Assembly (NCBI GenBank): GCA_025603075.1
Contig: MU626459.1
Span: 1 to 35,072, forward strand
Length of the DNA stretch: 35,072 bases
Direction of reading: 5' to 3'
From: Neoconidiobolus thromboides FSU 785
Taxonomy: Eukaryota > Fungi > Entomophthoromycota
The notes beneath the pieces were generated by a model. The model was given only the letters and a program-made list of their open reading frames with translations. It was not told where the DNA came from and did not search any database. Shown piece by piece: positions 1 to 12,480 of the stretch. The translations under genes were made by a program, and so were the position numbers. Numbering within the stretch: position 1 is the first letter of the stretch; each line of letters begins with the position of its first letter.

Positions 1-27
1 AAATTTGGATTAATTTCTAAGTAGATT

Positions 28-50
28 CTGAAACCAATTAGGACAGCCCC
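28..50 (-). mobile_element. MITE-A terminal fragment
   Basis: ACAGCCCC followed by ATTT (51-54) is the reverse complement of the GGGGCTGT 5' terminus variant seen at 517 and 12669; the rest is not recognisable. Confidence 0.45.
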
Positions 51-69
51 ATTTGTTAAAAAAAGATAT

Positions 70-165
70 GGGGATGTTTTTTAATTTCATCATCTTTTCC
101 ATTTTTGAGTGCCATTTGAGTGGAAGGATTGTTAGTAAAATTCTTAAACACAAAAATACATCCCT
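70..165 (+). mobile_element. MITE-A copy (96 bp)
   Basis: GGGGATGT...ACATCCCT termini with the family core (TTTCCA...TGGAAG); flanks ATAT/ATAA. Confidence 0.85.
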
Positions 166-516
166 ATAATATTACAAAAGATTTTTATATTAGTTATTGT
201 TTTGAAAAAAGCTATTAAAACCAGGGACTGAAAACAATTAATTAAAAAATTTTTATGGCTTAACTTTTTACGATTACTCATAAGCTTAAAAACATATTAA
301 ATTTTTATTTATAAATAATATTACAAAATGTCAATAAAGTTTAAACAAAATAATATATAAAATAAAAATAAACTTGGTATTGAAGTTTATTTATAAAAAA
401 AAAGATCATTATAAAATAACAATACTTTTAAGTGATATTTTTCTTATTTATAATATCTTTAATCAAATAGTTTTATGCAAAATTTCTATTTAATTTCTTT
501 TATTTAAAAAGAATAT

Positions 517-610
517 GGGGCTGTTTTTAGTTTCATTATTTTTCCATTTTTTAAGCGCTATTTGAGTGGAAAGATTGTAGTAAAATTCTTAAACAAAAAA
601 ACACATCTCC
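517..610 (+). mobile_element. MITE-A copy
   Basis: GGGGCTGT...ACATCTCC; flanking direct repeat ATAT/ATAT. Confidence 0.85.
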
Positions 611-1187
611 ATATAATTTAAAAATATCAAAGCAAAGCTAAAGCTTAAAGTTTTTTTGCACAAGCTCAGAATGATATAAAAATAATTTGATAAATTTTAA
701 TTAACTCATATAATAAAAAGTTAATTTAAACTAACCTGAAATTAATGTTAATGATTACTTTATAGCATACTAATAAAATTTTGTATAATTTTTTAAATAT
801 TTTTTAATTTATTTTCAAAATTTATTTATCAAGCCTAATTTAATATTATCAAATTAAATAATAGTATTATATTTTATTTCTTTTTTGTAGTTAATTACAA
901 TAATTATATAAAATCAATTTATGCTTTTCTATAATAATTCTTACTTAGCTATAAAATAATAAAACATATAAGATCTATGTTATTTTAGCAGAAAGCTTTA
1001 TTAAAACTGTAAATTTAAAAAAAAATAATAATACATTTTGAGATTTTATATAAAATAAAGTAAACTTTTTTATTTATACAAAATTTCCACATGCTTTGTG
1101 ATTTATTTAAGCTAAAAGTTGATATTGCAGGACTTAAGCTATATATCTAATTGTAAATTTTATTTTTATTTTTTAGAATTAATATTT

Positions 1188-1285
1188 GGGGATGTATTTT
1201 TTCATTTAAGAATTTTATTAGTAATCTTTTCGCTCGAATGGCACTTAAAAAAAGAAAAGGTAATGAAATCAAAAAAAACATCATC
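1188..1285 (-). mobile_element. MITE-A copy
   Basis: Reverse-orientation copy; non-palindromic direct repeat ATTT (1184-1187) / ATTT (1286-1289). Confidence 0.8.
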
Positions 1286-1578
1286 ATTTATTATTTGGTA
1301 AATTTTAAACATTTGTAAATATGCTATCAAACATTAGTAGTAAGGAATTTGATATAAAAAATCTATGATTATTTATAAACTAATTTAATAAACATCAATT
1401 GCATAAAAATAGCTAACTTTGAATTATTTTTCAACAATATTTTAAGTTTTTTTACTATGTATTTATATTAAACTGTATTTATTAAATTTGTCCTTATTTT
1501 TTGACAAGAATAAATTAAAAAAACATATATATTTGCTGATAAATAATTTAAAAGTAAAAAATCAATTTAAAAATATAT

Positions 1579-1677
1579 GGGGATATATTTTTGTGTTTAA
1601 GAATTTTACTAACAAATTTTCCGCTTAAATAGTGCTTAAAAAATGGAGAAAATAATGAAGTCAAAAAAAACACACCC
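1579..1677 (-). mobile_element. MITE-A copy
   Basis: Reverse-orientation copy; ATAT/ATAT flanks. Confidence 0.85.
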
Positions 1678-2160
1678 ATATAACTATATAGTTTATATAA
1701 AATATAAAAAAATCTATCATATTAAAAAGTTTTTTATACTTTATATCAAAAGGCTGTACATAAAAAATATAATAATAGCTATAAAGTATAAATGCTAGAA
1801 TATAAACATAGTGTTTTTTATAATTAAATAATAAAAATCCTTATAGTAAATATCAATAAAGAAAACTTTAAATTAGTTGTGTAAAATTTAAAAACATTTA
1901 ATTTTAGTAATATGATTATTTTAAGTTAACTAAATTTAAGTGATGATTATTATAAAATTCAATGGTTGATGAAAAAATAACATACAATAATAAATAGCTT
2001 ATATAAAATATTATGAAAAATCATATATATTAGTTATAGATTACATAAAAAACTATAAAACGAGTTTTTTTCAAAACATAAGCATATTAATCTATAATAA
2101 AAGCTAAAAAATTGTAAAAGCAAAGTAAAAATAACTTTTTTTAAAACAAAAAGTCAATAT

Positions 2161-2724
2161 GGGGATGCTTTGTGAAATATTGCTTTGTCAGTCCCATGGT
2201 TAATTATAGCATAACAATCGCCTAAGCTGTTGTGTTCTCGAGCTCAGAGGAAATCAATCCCATGTTCTTATTTTGATTTGTTATGAGAATTTCTAGCTCC
2301 ATTCCAAAAGAATGTTATCTTCTCATTTTGATATTTCTATTTTTCAGAGTATAAAAGAGTTTACAGAGTATAGTAGTTCGAGGCTTTTTAACTGAATTAA
2401 TCCCTGATATCTCGAACATTTAATAAAGCCACTAAGTTTTCTTAATAGTATTTTACCTAGATTTACATTAGTATTGTCTATTCTATTTGTCTTATATAGC
2501 TTGTAACCTATTACGTGCTATTCCTCATAACCCAAGTCTATCTTAGTCACATAAACTAAGACCTTTCGACTTATAGTGTAGTCAACCCAGCAATAGCTGT
2601 TCTTGACTCCAAACCCTGAGTACCAGATTTCACAGCTTTTTGCCTTGGTTGCTTTTTCGATTTCTAAGTGCTATTTGAGTGGAAAGGTTGTTAATAAAAT
2701 TCTTAAACGAAAAAATACATCCCC
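2161..2724 (+). mobile_element. MITE-A copy split by solo LTR-1
   Basis: GGGGATGCTT (2161-2170), then the LTR, then the rest of the element ending ACATCCCC (2724); flanks ATAT/AAAT. Confidence 0.85.
2171..2634 (+). mobile_element. Solo LTR-1 (464 bp)
   Basis: TGTGAAAT...ATTTCACA termini, 4-bp TSD GCTT (2167-2170 / 2635-2638), TATAAAA at 2350 and AATAAA at 2422; about 25 differences from the copy at 13369 by manual alignment. Confidence 0.85.
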
Positions 2725-3620
2725 AAATGTTTATATGATCAGAAAATAGAGTGACAACTAATTTAAGGTTTGTTAAAAATAGATTTGGAATGTCAATAAA
2801 ATTGAGTTTTACAACTTAAGCAAATCAATAAAAAATAAAAAATGAAAAATTTAAAGGGGACATTGCAGGTGCTATAATTCTTCTATTGCAACTAGTTTGC
2901 AGTGATTTTGGATTTTATTTTTGATGTTTTTTTGATGCTTAATCTATAAATTCGAATACGATTTAAGCAAAAAATTATTCAATAAACACTTAGGTTGTAA
3001 TAGAGTTAGAGGAACTATATGAGAGAAAATTAAAGGAGACGTGAGAAAAATCATCAAAAGAGACTCTTAATTTCTACTAATAAAAATAAAGAATAAGAAG
3101 AATAGGTTTTTAATTGAACTACTGGGCTACTGCTAAGACCACAATTCTATAGTGATTGATCCTGTTGACGTTTATTTATAGCCTTTAATTTAACTATACC
3201 AACCTAAATTCATATTAAATGGTATTTTTTGCATGGGTCTTTCTTCTAATAATTTTCAGTATAAAATGCTTATGAACTAAAACAATAATATCTAAACAAG
3301 TTCATTAAAAATACTAGACACTGCCTAGCTAATTTAGTCAGGGCTTGGTATTTGAAATTTTAAAGGAATTATGATTTTTATTATGATAAGATGGAACAAA
3401 GTCATTATCCAACTCTAAAGGTATATTTATATACTAATTCATATGGTGTTATTAATTTAATTTATCTTTAATTAAACGTTTATTAAAGTTTATTTGGATT
3501 TTTGTTTAGACACTAGACTTAACTTATTTAAGAATGCTTTTGGCTCACTAATTTTTCCTGCAAATTCATAAATGAGTGTAAGCTTAAGTTTTTACAATTT
3601 TGGTAAATTCGACTTTTTAA

Positions 3621-3881
3621 GCAGATTTGGATTAAGTGTCATCCATTTACTAATTCTTTATTGATCATGTAATCACAGTCTAATTGCTAATAAAACTGAT
3701 TTAGTTTTTTAATGATAAATGGCATAAAATGGGTATAAAACTATAGTAATATGTATAATTAAATATTAAATATACAATTATAGTATAGTTTTTCAATATT
3801 TATTACTTTATAAAAAGTTAAGTGATATAAAAATTGAATTACTTATAAATATGTCCTCTATTTTTAGAAAACCAAATCTGC
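3621..3881. mobile_element. Putative TTAA-flanked non-autonomous element (261 bp)
   Basis: TTAA-GCAGATTTGG ... CCAAATCTGC-TTAA, a 14-bp perfect inverted match; single copy in the window. Confidence 0.35.
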
Positions 3882-4028
3882 TTAATATTTATTAACTATC
3901 AGACTAAATTAAGCATAATTTCCAATACAAAAACGAGTTAATTTAATTAGAAATAGTTAAAAGTATATAAAACAAATAATCTTATCTTTTTTTTTTGTTA
4001 GTTTAATTGCTAGTTTAGCCTAAAGAAA

Positions 4029-5655
4029 ACGTCATCTGCTGATACTCAAGTCAATGAAGTATTTACAATACAGAATAATGAGAAAGGAATAGAAAATCAA
4101 GCTCCAGTCAATCAAACGAACATTGACGAACCAAGAATAGCCCTATCGAAAACGAAATTCAGTTTAATTATACTTAGTCTAGTTTTATCCATTTTTGTAG
4201 CTGCTTTAGATAATACAATTATTGGTACTTCTTTAGCAAACATTACTTCCGATTTTAATGCTTTTGATGAAGCAACTTAGGTAGCTACTTCTTATTTATT
4301 ACCCTCAACTGTATTCCAACCTTTATATGGTAAATTTTCTGACATTTTTGGTCGACGTGTTGTTATGTTATTTACCCTTAGTATCTTTTTAGTTGATTCA
4401 GTACTATGTGGTGCTGCATAAACTATTGAAATGTTAATTATTTGTTGTGCTATTGCTGGTATCGGTGGGGGTGGTCTTATCTCTCTTTCAGTTATTATTA
4501 TATCCGATATAGGTTGATTAAGAAGAAGAGGTATATTTATGGGTATGATTGGAGCTAACTTTGTTGTTGCTTCGGCTGTTGGTCCATTAATGGGCGGTGC
4601 TCTTACCGAAAAAGCTAGTTGGAGGTGGTGTTTCTATACTAATATCCTAATTTGTTTAGTAGCTATGCTTGTTATTGGATTTTTCCTTCGTTTACCTACT
4701 CCTAAAGAAAACATGAAAGAAAGGTTAACCAAAGTCGATTATTTAGGTTCAATTACCTTACTTATCTTTACTTCACTTATAGCATTAGGCTTAAATTGGG
4801 GGCGGACGACAGTATCCTTAGAATTCTCCAGCAGTTATTATTTCGCTTTTTTTAGGTATTGTTTTCTTACTTCTTTTCATCTTCTTTCAACGGAAAGTAT
4901 CCAAGGAACTAATCATTCCAGCTTATGTTTTGGTTCGTAATATTATCTCCCCCAATATTACTGCCTTTTTCAATGGAAGTATATTTTCTGCAACAATTAT
5001 TTATTTACCATTATATTATCAAATTGTCCATCGAGCATCAGTTATTAATTCTGGTTTACAACTTTTAGCTACTATGTTAGGTATGGTTTCGATGTCAATT
5101 AGTTCTGGTGTTTTTATGGTTAAAACTGGTATCTATCGCCAACTTTCTATAGCTGGTACTGATATTAGTATTATTGATACTACTCTTATGGGATCTTTAA
5201 TGGGAGTCAATATTTCAAGATCAGAGTTGATTGTATTTTCATTGTTAATTGGTTTAGGTGTAGGTCTTTGTATTCAAATCAATACAATTGTATCACAACC
5301 AGCTGTTATCATGAAAGATGCAGCTATTGTAACATCGTTGGTTAGTTTCTCACAATCTTTAGGCAGTGTAATAGGAATAGCGGTTTTAGGAGCTGTACAT
5401 CAAGATGTATTAACCTCCTCCCTAGCCAAAAATGTACTAACTGTCAGTGTTGGAGCTTTACTTCAATCATCAACTTATATTCAAACTTTGAAACCAGAAT
5501 TTAGAGTTGCAGTAGTTCAATCTTATGTTGATGGTTTCCATTCTATGGTTTTAACTGGAATTGCTTTCTTTTCTATTTCGTTTATATCTTCTCTTTGTTT
5601 AAAACACATTCCTTTAAGGAGTATGGGAGCTCCAGCTAGTGGAAGAGCCTCCTAA
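4029..5655 (+). pseudogene. MFS drug:H+ antiporter (DHA2/14-TMS type) pseudogene
   Basis: The frame reads AALDNTII...T*VATSYLL...QPLYGKFSDIFGRR...CGAA*T...SDIG*LRRRG...GPLMGG...WRWCFYTN. In-frame stops at 4278 (TAG), 4419 (TAA), 4515 (TGA) and 4819 (TAG), and a +1 frameshift at ~4800-4803 (NWG/GRQYP*NS). No in-frame ATG; ACG at 4029 is the probable former start. Confidence 0.9.
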
Positions 5656-5926
5656 ATAGTTGACACTTACTAGTATTATATTATATTTATAATTTAGGAT
5701 GATCTTTATTCCTTTGATTAATCTTAGAATAAATTTAATTGTTTTTAAAAGCATTTCATAGAATTGTTACAAGCTTGCTCATTCCAAAATTATTTTATCA
5801 ATCAATAAAATGTGATAGACTTTTATTTCATGGTGTTAATTTTTTTACATAACAACTAAAATTTTCAAAACTGAAATATTATACACTTTTTTTATTGATT
5901 AGCTTAAAATGGAATTTTTATCATTC

Positions 5927-6388
5927 TGTGAAATCTGATACTCAGGGTTTGGAGTCAAGAACAGCTATTGCTGGGTTGACTACACTATAAGTCGAAAGGT
6001 CTTAGTTTATGTGACTAAGATAAACTTGGATTATAAAGAATAGCACGTAATAGGTTACAAGCTATATAAGACAAATAGAATAGACAATACTAATGTAAAT
6101 CTAGGTAAGATACTATTAAGAAACCTTAGTGGCTTTATTAAATGTTCGAGATATCAAAGAATAATTAGTTAAAAAGCCTCGAACTACTATACTTTGTAAA
6201 CTCTTTTATACTCTGAAAAATAGAAATATCAAAATGAGAAGATAATATTCTTTGGAATGCAGCTAGAAATCCTCATAGCAAATCAAACTAAGAACGTGGG
6301 ATTGATTGTCTCTAAACTTGAGAACACAACAACTCAAGTGGTTATTATGTTATAATCAATTATGGAGCTAACAAAGCGATATTTCGCA
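5927..6388 (-). mobile_element. Solo LTR-2 (462 bp), mosaic, no TSD
   Basis: Reverse complement of the LTR family (TGCGAAAT...ATTTCACA); flanks ATTC and AAGG do not match. Confidence 0.85.
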
Positions 6389-6480
6389 AAGGATGCTTTT
6401 TTGATTTCATCACTTTTTCCATTTATTAAGTACTATTTGAATGGAAAAGTTGTTGACAAAATTTTTGAAAAAAAATCTCT
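6389..6480 (+). mobile_element. MITE-A copy abutting LTR-2
   Basis: AAGGATGCTTTTTTGATTTCATCACTTTTTCCATT...TGGAAAAG...TCTCT-ATAT; begins immediately after the LTR end. Confidence 0.7.
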
Positions 6481-6636
6481 ATATCAATTTTTTACTTTAA
6501 TGTTTATCAGTATGGAAATGACTATAGTATAAGAGGCTTTGAAATCATCAGGGCTATATTATAGAATTTTATTACCAGGTTATAATAATTAAAATTGTTT
6601 TAATAGCTTTATTATTACTTGGAAATATAACTGAAT

Positions 6637-9600
6637 TTAAGCGTCATTTATAAAAGAATTCTGTGCCATTTGCTCTAAAGTTTCGAAATCTCCTGATTCT
6701 TTACACATTGCTCTGAACAAGCTATCTTCTTGCTTAATTAGATTAGCTGGACTATCGAATTCTTTGATAATACCATGATCTAATAATTTTTTAGTATCAA
6801 TACTATTATAACTATAAAATATATTACCCATAACTACAACTTTATCATAATCAATAATCGATCTTAATCGATGAGCAATACACAACAAAGTAGATTGTGA
6901 AAGTTCTTGACGGATAGTTTTTTGGATCTTAACACCAGTAGTGTAATCAACAGATGCAGTAGCTATTATAAATATTATACAATTGTATGTTGACAAATAA
7001 AGTTACAATTACCTTCATCCATAATAATAACTTTTGATTGTTTAAGTAAAGCACGAGCAAGGGATAAAAGTTGACGTTGTCCTTGTGAAAAGTTTTGCCC
7101 ATTTTCTGTGACAACTTGATCTAAACTTTTTATAACTGTATTTGTTTCTTCTGGTAAGTCATATATGGGGGATTCGTTATCAATCAAATGTACTCTTCTC
7201 AATGAATTCCAAAGCTGTTGATCTTCATATTGATTGAATGGGTCCAAATTAGATCTTATAGTCCCAGAAAATAATATAGCATCTTGAGGGATGATAGTAA
7301 GATTTGAGCGAAGATCAAATAAACCTATTTTATGAATATCAATATCATCGATATAAATTGAACCTTTTTCTGGGTCAACAAATCTAAAGAAAGCTAAAGC
7401 TAAAGTTGATTTTCCAGCTCCTATTAATTATTTAAATCATTAGTTATTGATATGTTAATAGAATAACGATATTACCTGTTCTTCCAACTATTCCTATTTT
7501 TTCCCCTCCTTTTATACTCAATGATATTCCTTTAATGACTGGATCACGATCTGGAGCGTATCTTAAAATCAGATTGTTTATTTCTATTTTTCCTTCTGTA
7601 GGCCACTATTAAGACGATAATTAATTTGCATACACATTTAAATAATTATTTTACCTTAGGTGGAGGGCAATTAGAAGGTATTTTTCTAGGAGGCTCTGAT
7701 GGTACATCAAGGTATTCTTGTATACGCTCGATCGAATTCATGTTCATTTCGATCATTGAATAAAAGCGTGCTATCCACTAAAAAAAAATTAATATATTAA
7801 ATAAAAAAAGAATAAATAAGTACCAAAATGTGCGAAGAGAAGTTTAAAGCATATGATAAAGCTAAACCAATCAAAGCTGAATTAAGTTGTTCACTGAATA
7901 ATAAAAGGAGTGAACCAGTAGCAAAAGTAACTATTCCACCAACTAAATCAGAACGAATTGAAAGCCAGCGGTTAGCAGTCCAAAGGTAAAAGAAACATCT
8001 AATATTATCATCTATTTTTTCATAGTTTGTATCTCTAAACCTTGTAACTTGTTCATATGCTCTAATAGTTGTTACTCCTTGAAGAGTTTCACCACATTGG
8101 GCATAAATAGGGGATCTAGATACTGACTCAATTCGTTTAATTTCTCTAGAACCACCAATATAAAATTGAATAACATAATAAAACATCATCAAAATTATTA
8201 AAGCTGCTACAAGGAATTGTGGAAGAATAAATGCAATCATAGATAAAATGATAATTGATGCAAAAATTTCAGAAACAAATACACCTGAAGATGCCATAAG
8301 TTCTTGATCAATACATTGTAAATCTTTTGAAAATCTGTTAATAAGTCTACCAACAGGAGTTGTATCAAAGAATCGAATTGGTGCATGTAAAATATTATCT
8401 AATAAAGAATCATGAAGTATACGTGATGCTTTAATTGATCCCCAAAATTGATAGCTAACTCTGAGTATAACAGTAAGTACGCTCATAGCGGAAATAATTA
8501 TATAAATGTTGATATAATAATCAAGGTCATTGTTTGATTTCAATGTTAATACAGATTTTGTATAAAATTCTACAATGGGATGAGTAACGGCTTCATAAAG
8601 TTGCTTGATGGGTAAAGCATCAAATGACATATATATAAAACTATTTAATTGTAATCCATTAGTATCAGGTATCTTATCCCCAGCATTTGCCCAAATTTTG
8701 ATCCACCAATCAAGGACGGCAGGTAATGTTTGATAAATAACAAATATTCCTAAGAAACCAAACCAATAAATATTACCTCCAGATGCTTTAAAATAAGAAC
8801 TGTATATTTCAAATTTCACTGCGCCTTTTGCACGCTCTTCTTCTAATACTAGTTTTTTGGGGTTGGTAACTTCTAAGTTTGGAGGTAAATATGACCCTGT
8901 ATCAAAACGTGATGTAGCACCGTGCGATTCAGATACTATAGATTCTTTATGAGATTGATCTTCGAACATGTTCAACTCAGCTTTGATAGATGGAATCGAT
9001 TCTACATCTTTACGAGATCCATTAGCTATCACTTCACCTTGACTGTTTAAGACTACTACATACTCAGCATGATAAAAAGTCAAACTGATATTATGAGTAA
9101 CAAGAATCCTAGTCCTATTTTTCATTATATCTCCCATAAAACAATTATGGAATATGAATTTAGCTGTGTGAGCATCTAAAGCTGATAAACAATCATCCAT
9201 AATGATATGGCTAGCTCTACTGTATACAGCTCGAGCTAATGAAAGGCGTTGTTTTTGACCGCCAGATAAAGTAATTCCTTTTTCACCAACCTCAGTAAGA
9301 TCACCATCTTCAAGTGAATTGAAATCTGGTAAAAGTGCACATACTTTAATAACCTCTTGATAGCGAGCCTCATTGTATGGCTCCCCAAAAAGAATATTGT
9401 TTCTAACTGTATCTTGTTGTATCCAAGCTGATTGTATTACATAAGCTATACCTCCATTTAAACTAAAATCTTTGGTACAAGTTGTTGATTCTATATTTGA
9501 TTTTCTTGGTAGATAAACAGATCCTTCAAGGATAGACATTTCTCCAAGTAATCCTGAAAGTAATGAAGTTTTACCAGAGCCAGTAGGTCCAACAATAATA

Positions 9601-11719
9601 CTCAATTTGTTTAGTGGGAATGACAAATTTAAGTTAGAAAGAGTAAACTGGTCCCCTTCTTCACTTGAGTCCCATTGTAGTTTAGCGTTTTTAAATCCTA
9701 TTATAGGGTCGTCTGGGTTCTCTGGTTCTTTTAAAATTTGAAATTTTTCAGTTTCAGGCTCCTTTAAAAATTTATCTATCCTTCCTAACGATACTTTTGC
9801 TTGTAAAAAATAATTAATAATATCTGGAAGTTGATCTACAGGCTCTCTAAGAAACTTAAAGATTAGCAATGATGTAAAAGCAATTGTAGGAGTCAAAACG
9901 TTTCCGGCTATTTTTGTATAGGTATAGAATGTACCAATGGTGATAAGCATAGGGAAGCAGAACCATACAGTTGCTCCAACAATCCAAATTGCCATTCTTT
10001 TAATAAGTACCTGTAATTCGGCTGTTCTAGCTGAATCAATACGACCTCGAAATTGACCTTCCCAAGCAAAGAACTTTATGATTCTTATTCCCTGAAGTAA
10101 TTCGTTGACTATATCCATCCTTTTATCACTGCATTTCATAAGCTCAGTTTGAATTTTTTCCCATTTCATTGATACTACATAATTAATTGGCATAACAATA
10201 AATGTAAGCAATAAACCAACTAAAGCTGACCACCCTAAAATTTGATAAAGGTACCATGAGGTAACACCAATTTGTATAGGAACAGAATATAAAAAGTTTA
10301 AATAACAACATGTTTCAGCAATTTCATGTGCATCCACAGACATAAAGTTAGTTATTTTACCTGCATTAGAAACCTTTGAATCTTCTTTTTGGCTTGAAAT
10401 ATCTTTTCTTCTTAAAGTTTTCGAATAAACTTCCCCCATAACGATTGATTTTACACGGATTCCTACCCTACGTCCATAGAAAAGCGATTGAGAATCAGTT
10501 ATTGATTTAAGCATAACAACAACGAGTAAACAAACAATAACATAAAATCCATACTCTTTATATTTTAAACCAAGAGGAAGTTCTTTGTCAGTATTTTCCA
10601 TTAATTGCAAAAATTCATGTAAGAGAATTGGACTGAGAAAATTGAAACAAATAGTAAATAAGCTAAATACCATTTGCATAAATAGTTCTTGCTTAAAATT
10701 GCTAAATATTTTGAATATAAAGGACCATTCCTTTGGAAAATCTAGAAATTTTTGACATAAACTTGCAGCTTTTTCATCTGGTCTAAGATCCCATACATCA
10801 TTAGGTTCAATAGAACTATTATAACCATATCTTAAAAAAGGAATAACCCAAGAAAAGGTTGCAATTGAGAGTAAAGATTCATATGGTTCAGGAGATGGAT
10901 ATATTTTACTCTTTAATGCAAGTTTATTAAATTCAGCCAAATTGATATTCATCAAAAAGGAGTATAAAACCAAAGATAACTCTATTACACAGGTTAGTGT
11001 TTGTAAAATATAGTTTATGTTGGATGGAATTGAGAAATTAGTTGAATAAATTAGTGTCCTTAAATAAAAGCAATCTACTAAAAATGATATCAAATAAAAC
11101 CCTTTTAAATGATTCAAAAACGTAAAGTTTTGATTTAATACTGCTAGTATAGTGGCATAACTCCAAAAAGCTGTTGTTAGTAAACTCTCATAAATCGTTG
11201 AAGAAAATCCAGAGTTATAACCATAGATAAATGTAAGTGTAGCTCTTAATGATAAAATAATAACGTGTATAAAAGAAATCCATATTAATTTGCTATTATG
11301 AGCTTGTGGTGTTTTAATGTATGTTCTTGAATACTTTGGCTCTGAATCTTCCATTGTTTTATTTGATTGATTTCCAGAACTTAAAGTTCCATAGTTTGAA
11401 TTGTCTTGGTTTAAAGCTCTAGTTTCATCTGAATCAAGAGTTATATATTGATGATTCCTATGAATTATGCGATAAAAGTTGGTAAATATTATCACAACTA
11501 ATGATCCTAATATATAAGCTGGGATTAATCCTAATTTGAAAAGACTTGAAAATAAATTAGATTTAATTATAATAGATTAAAGTTTACATTATAGAAATAC
11601 ACTCGTTAAATGATTCATATTCGCCTAATGGCTAATAAAATTAGTTTAGTTATTTTTACAAGCTATTAACTTACCCATGCGCCCAAAGTGGCACATATCT
11701 TTTTGGAATCAGTATACAT
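6637..11719 (-). CDS. ABCC/MRP-family (Ybt1/Bpt1-like) full-length ABC transporter, ~1582 aa, 8 exons
   Basis: Exons 11719-11675, 11631-11588, 11544-7824, 7777-7655, 7605-7476, 7420-7013, 6962-6828 and 6779-6637 are joined by GT-AG introns of 43, 43, 46, 49, 55, 50 and 48 nt, giving a 4749-nt open frame. NBD1 has GPTGSGKT / LSGGQKQR / IIMDD; NBD2 has GRTGAGKS / FSQGQRQL / IIMDEATAS / IAHRL; there is an N-terminal TMD0-like extension. Confidence 0.92.
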
Positions 11720-12480
11720 TTTAAACAAGCAAATAGTTTAGAATGCTTTTGAGTTATTTTTATAGAATATTAATGGTATTTACGCAGTTATATTTGATTT
11801 TAATTCTTGGATAATTGTGCATAGAATTTAGTAATTAAAATTACTTTATTTAATAAACAGTTAATTTTGTATGGTTTAAATTCATATCCTTCCAATATTC
11901 AAGAATAGCTTAAATGTTTATTATGTTATAAATCTATTTTTCTATAGCCCCTACCTTTGTACAATAGACGCAATAAAATAAATCGTAAATTCAATCAATA
12001 TTAGATATATTCAATGTAAAACAATTTTAATGCTTTGCTTTAATGATAAAAGATGAAAAGTATTGAATATCAAATATGAAATCATTGTTCTTCTTCATCT
12101 ACTCAATAACAATAATCATATTTCAGATTTTAATAAGTTTTAAAGGAGAATAAATCATCTCTTAAGATTGCAGTTTTTTTGAAATTATAATTAAAATTAT
12201 AGTTAAAACTATAAAACATTAAGTTATATTTTTTCATCTTTTAGATATTGGGATTGTTTTTTAATACAATACATTAATTATTAATAAAGATATTGCTATT
12301 TAAAAAACAAAAGTAGAACATCTAAATTACTGAAATCTTGGAACATTTAAATATAGCTATTAAAGTTAAACTGTGAAATTATTTCCAAAACAAATTTAGT
12401 CACAATTTGTTTGCTTATTTTGTATATTTTTTATTGCTCAAGAATCAGTTAGTTTATTAAAACCTAGAACATCAAAAAAA

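Noticed and set aside
1119-1301. Short ORFs at 1119-1301, 32154-32390 and 32489-32680
   Set aside because: They run through MITE-A copies and AT-rich spacer DNA, with low-complexity F/L/I/K composition and no homologous motif.
4278-4821. In-frame TAA/TAG/TGA in the MFS gene as an alternative genetic code or readthrough
   Set aside because: The stops replace different residues (W, Q, other), a frameshift and a lost start co-occur, and the other genes use TAA/TAG as normal terminators with long stop-free frames.
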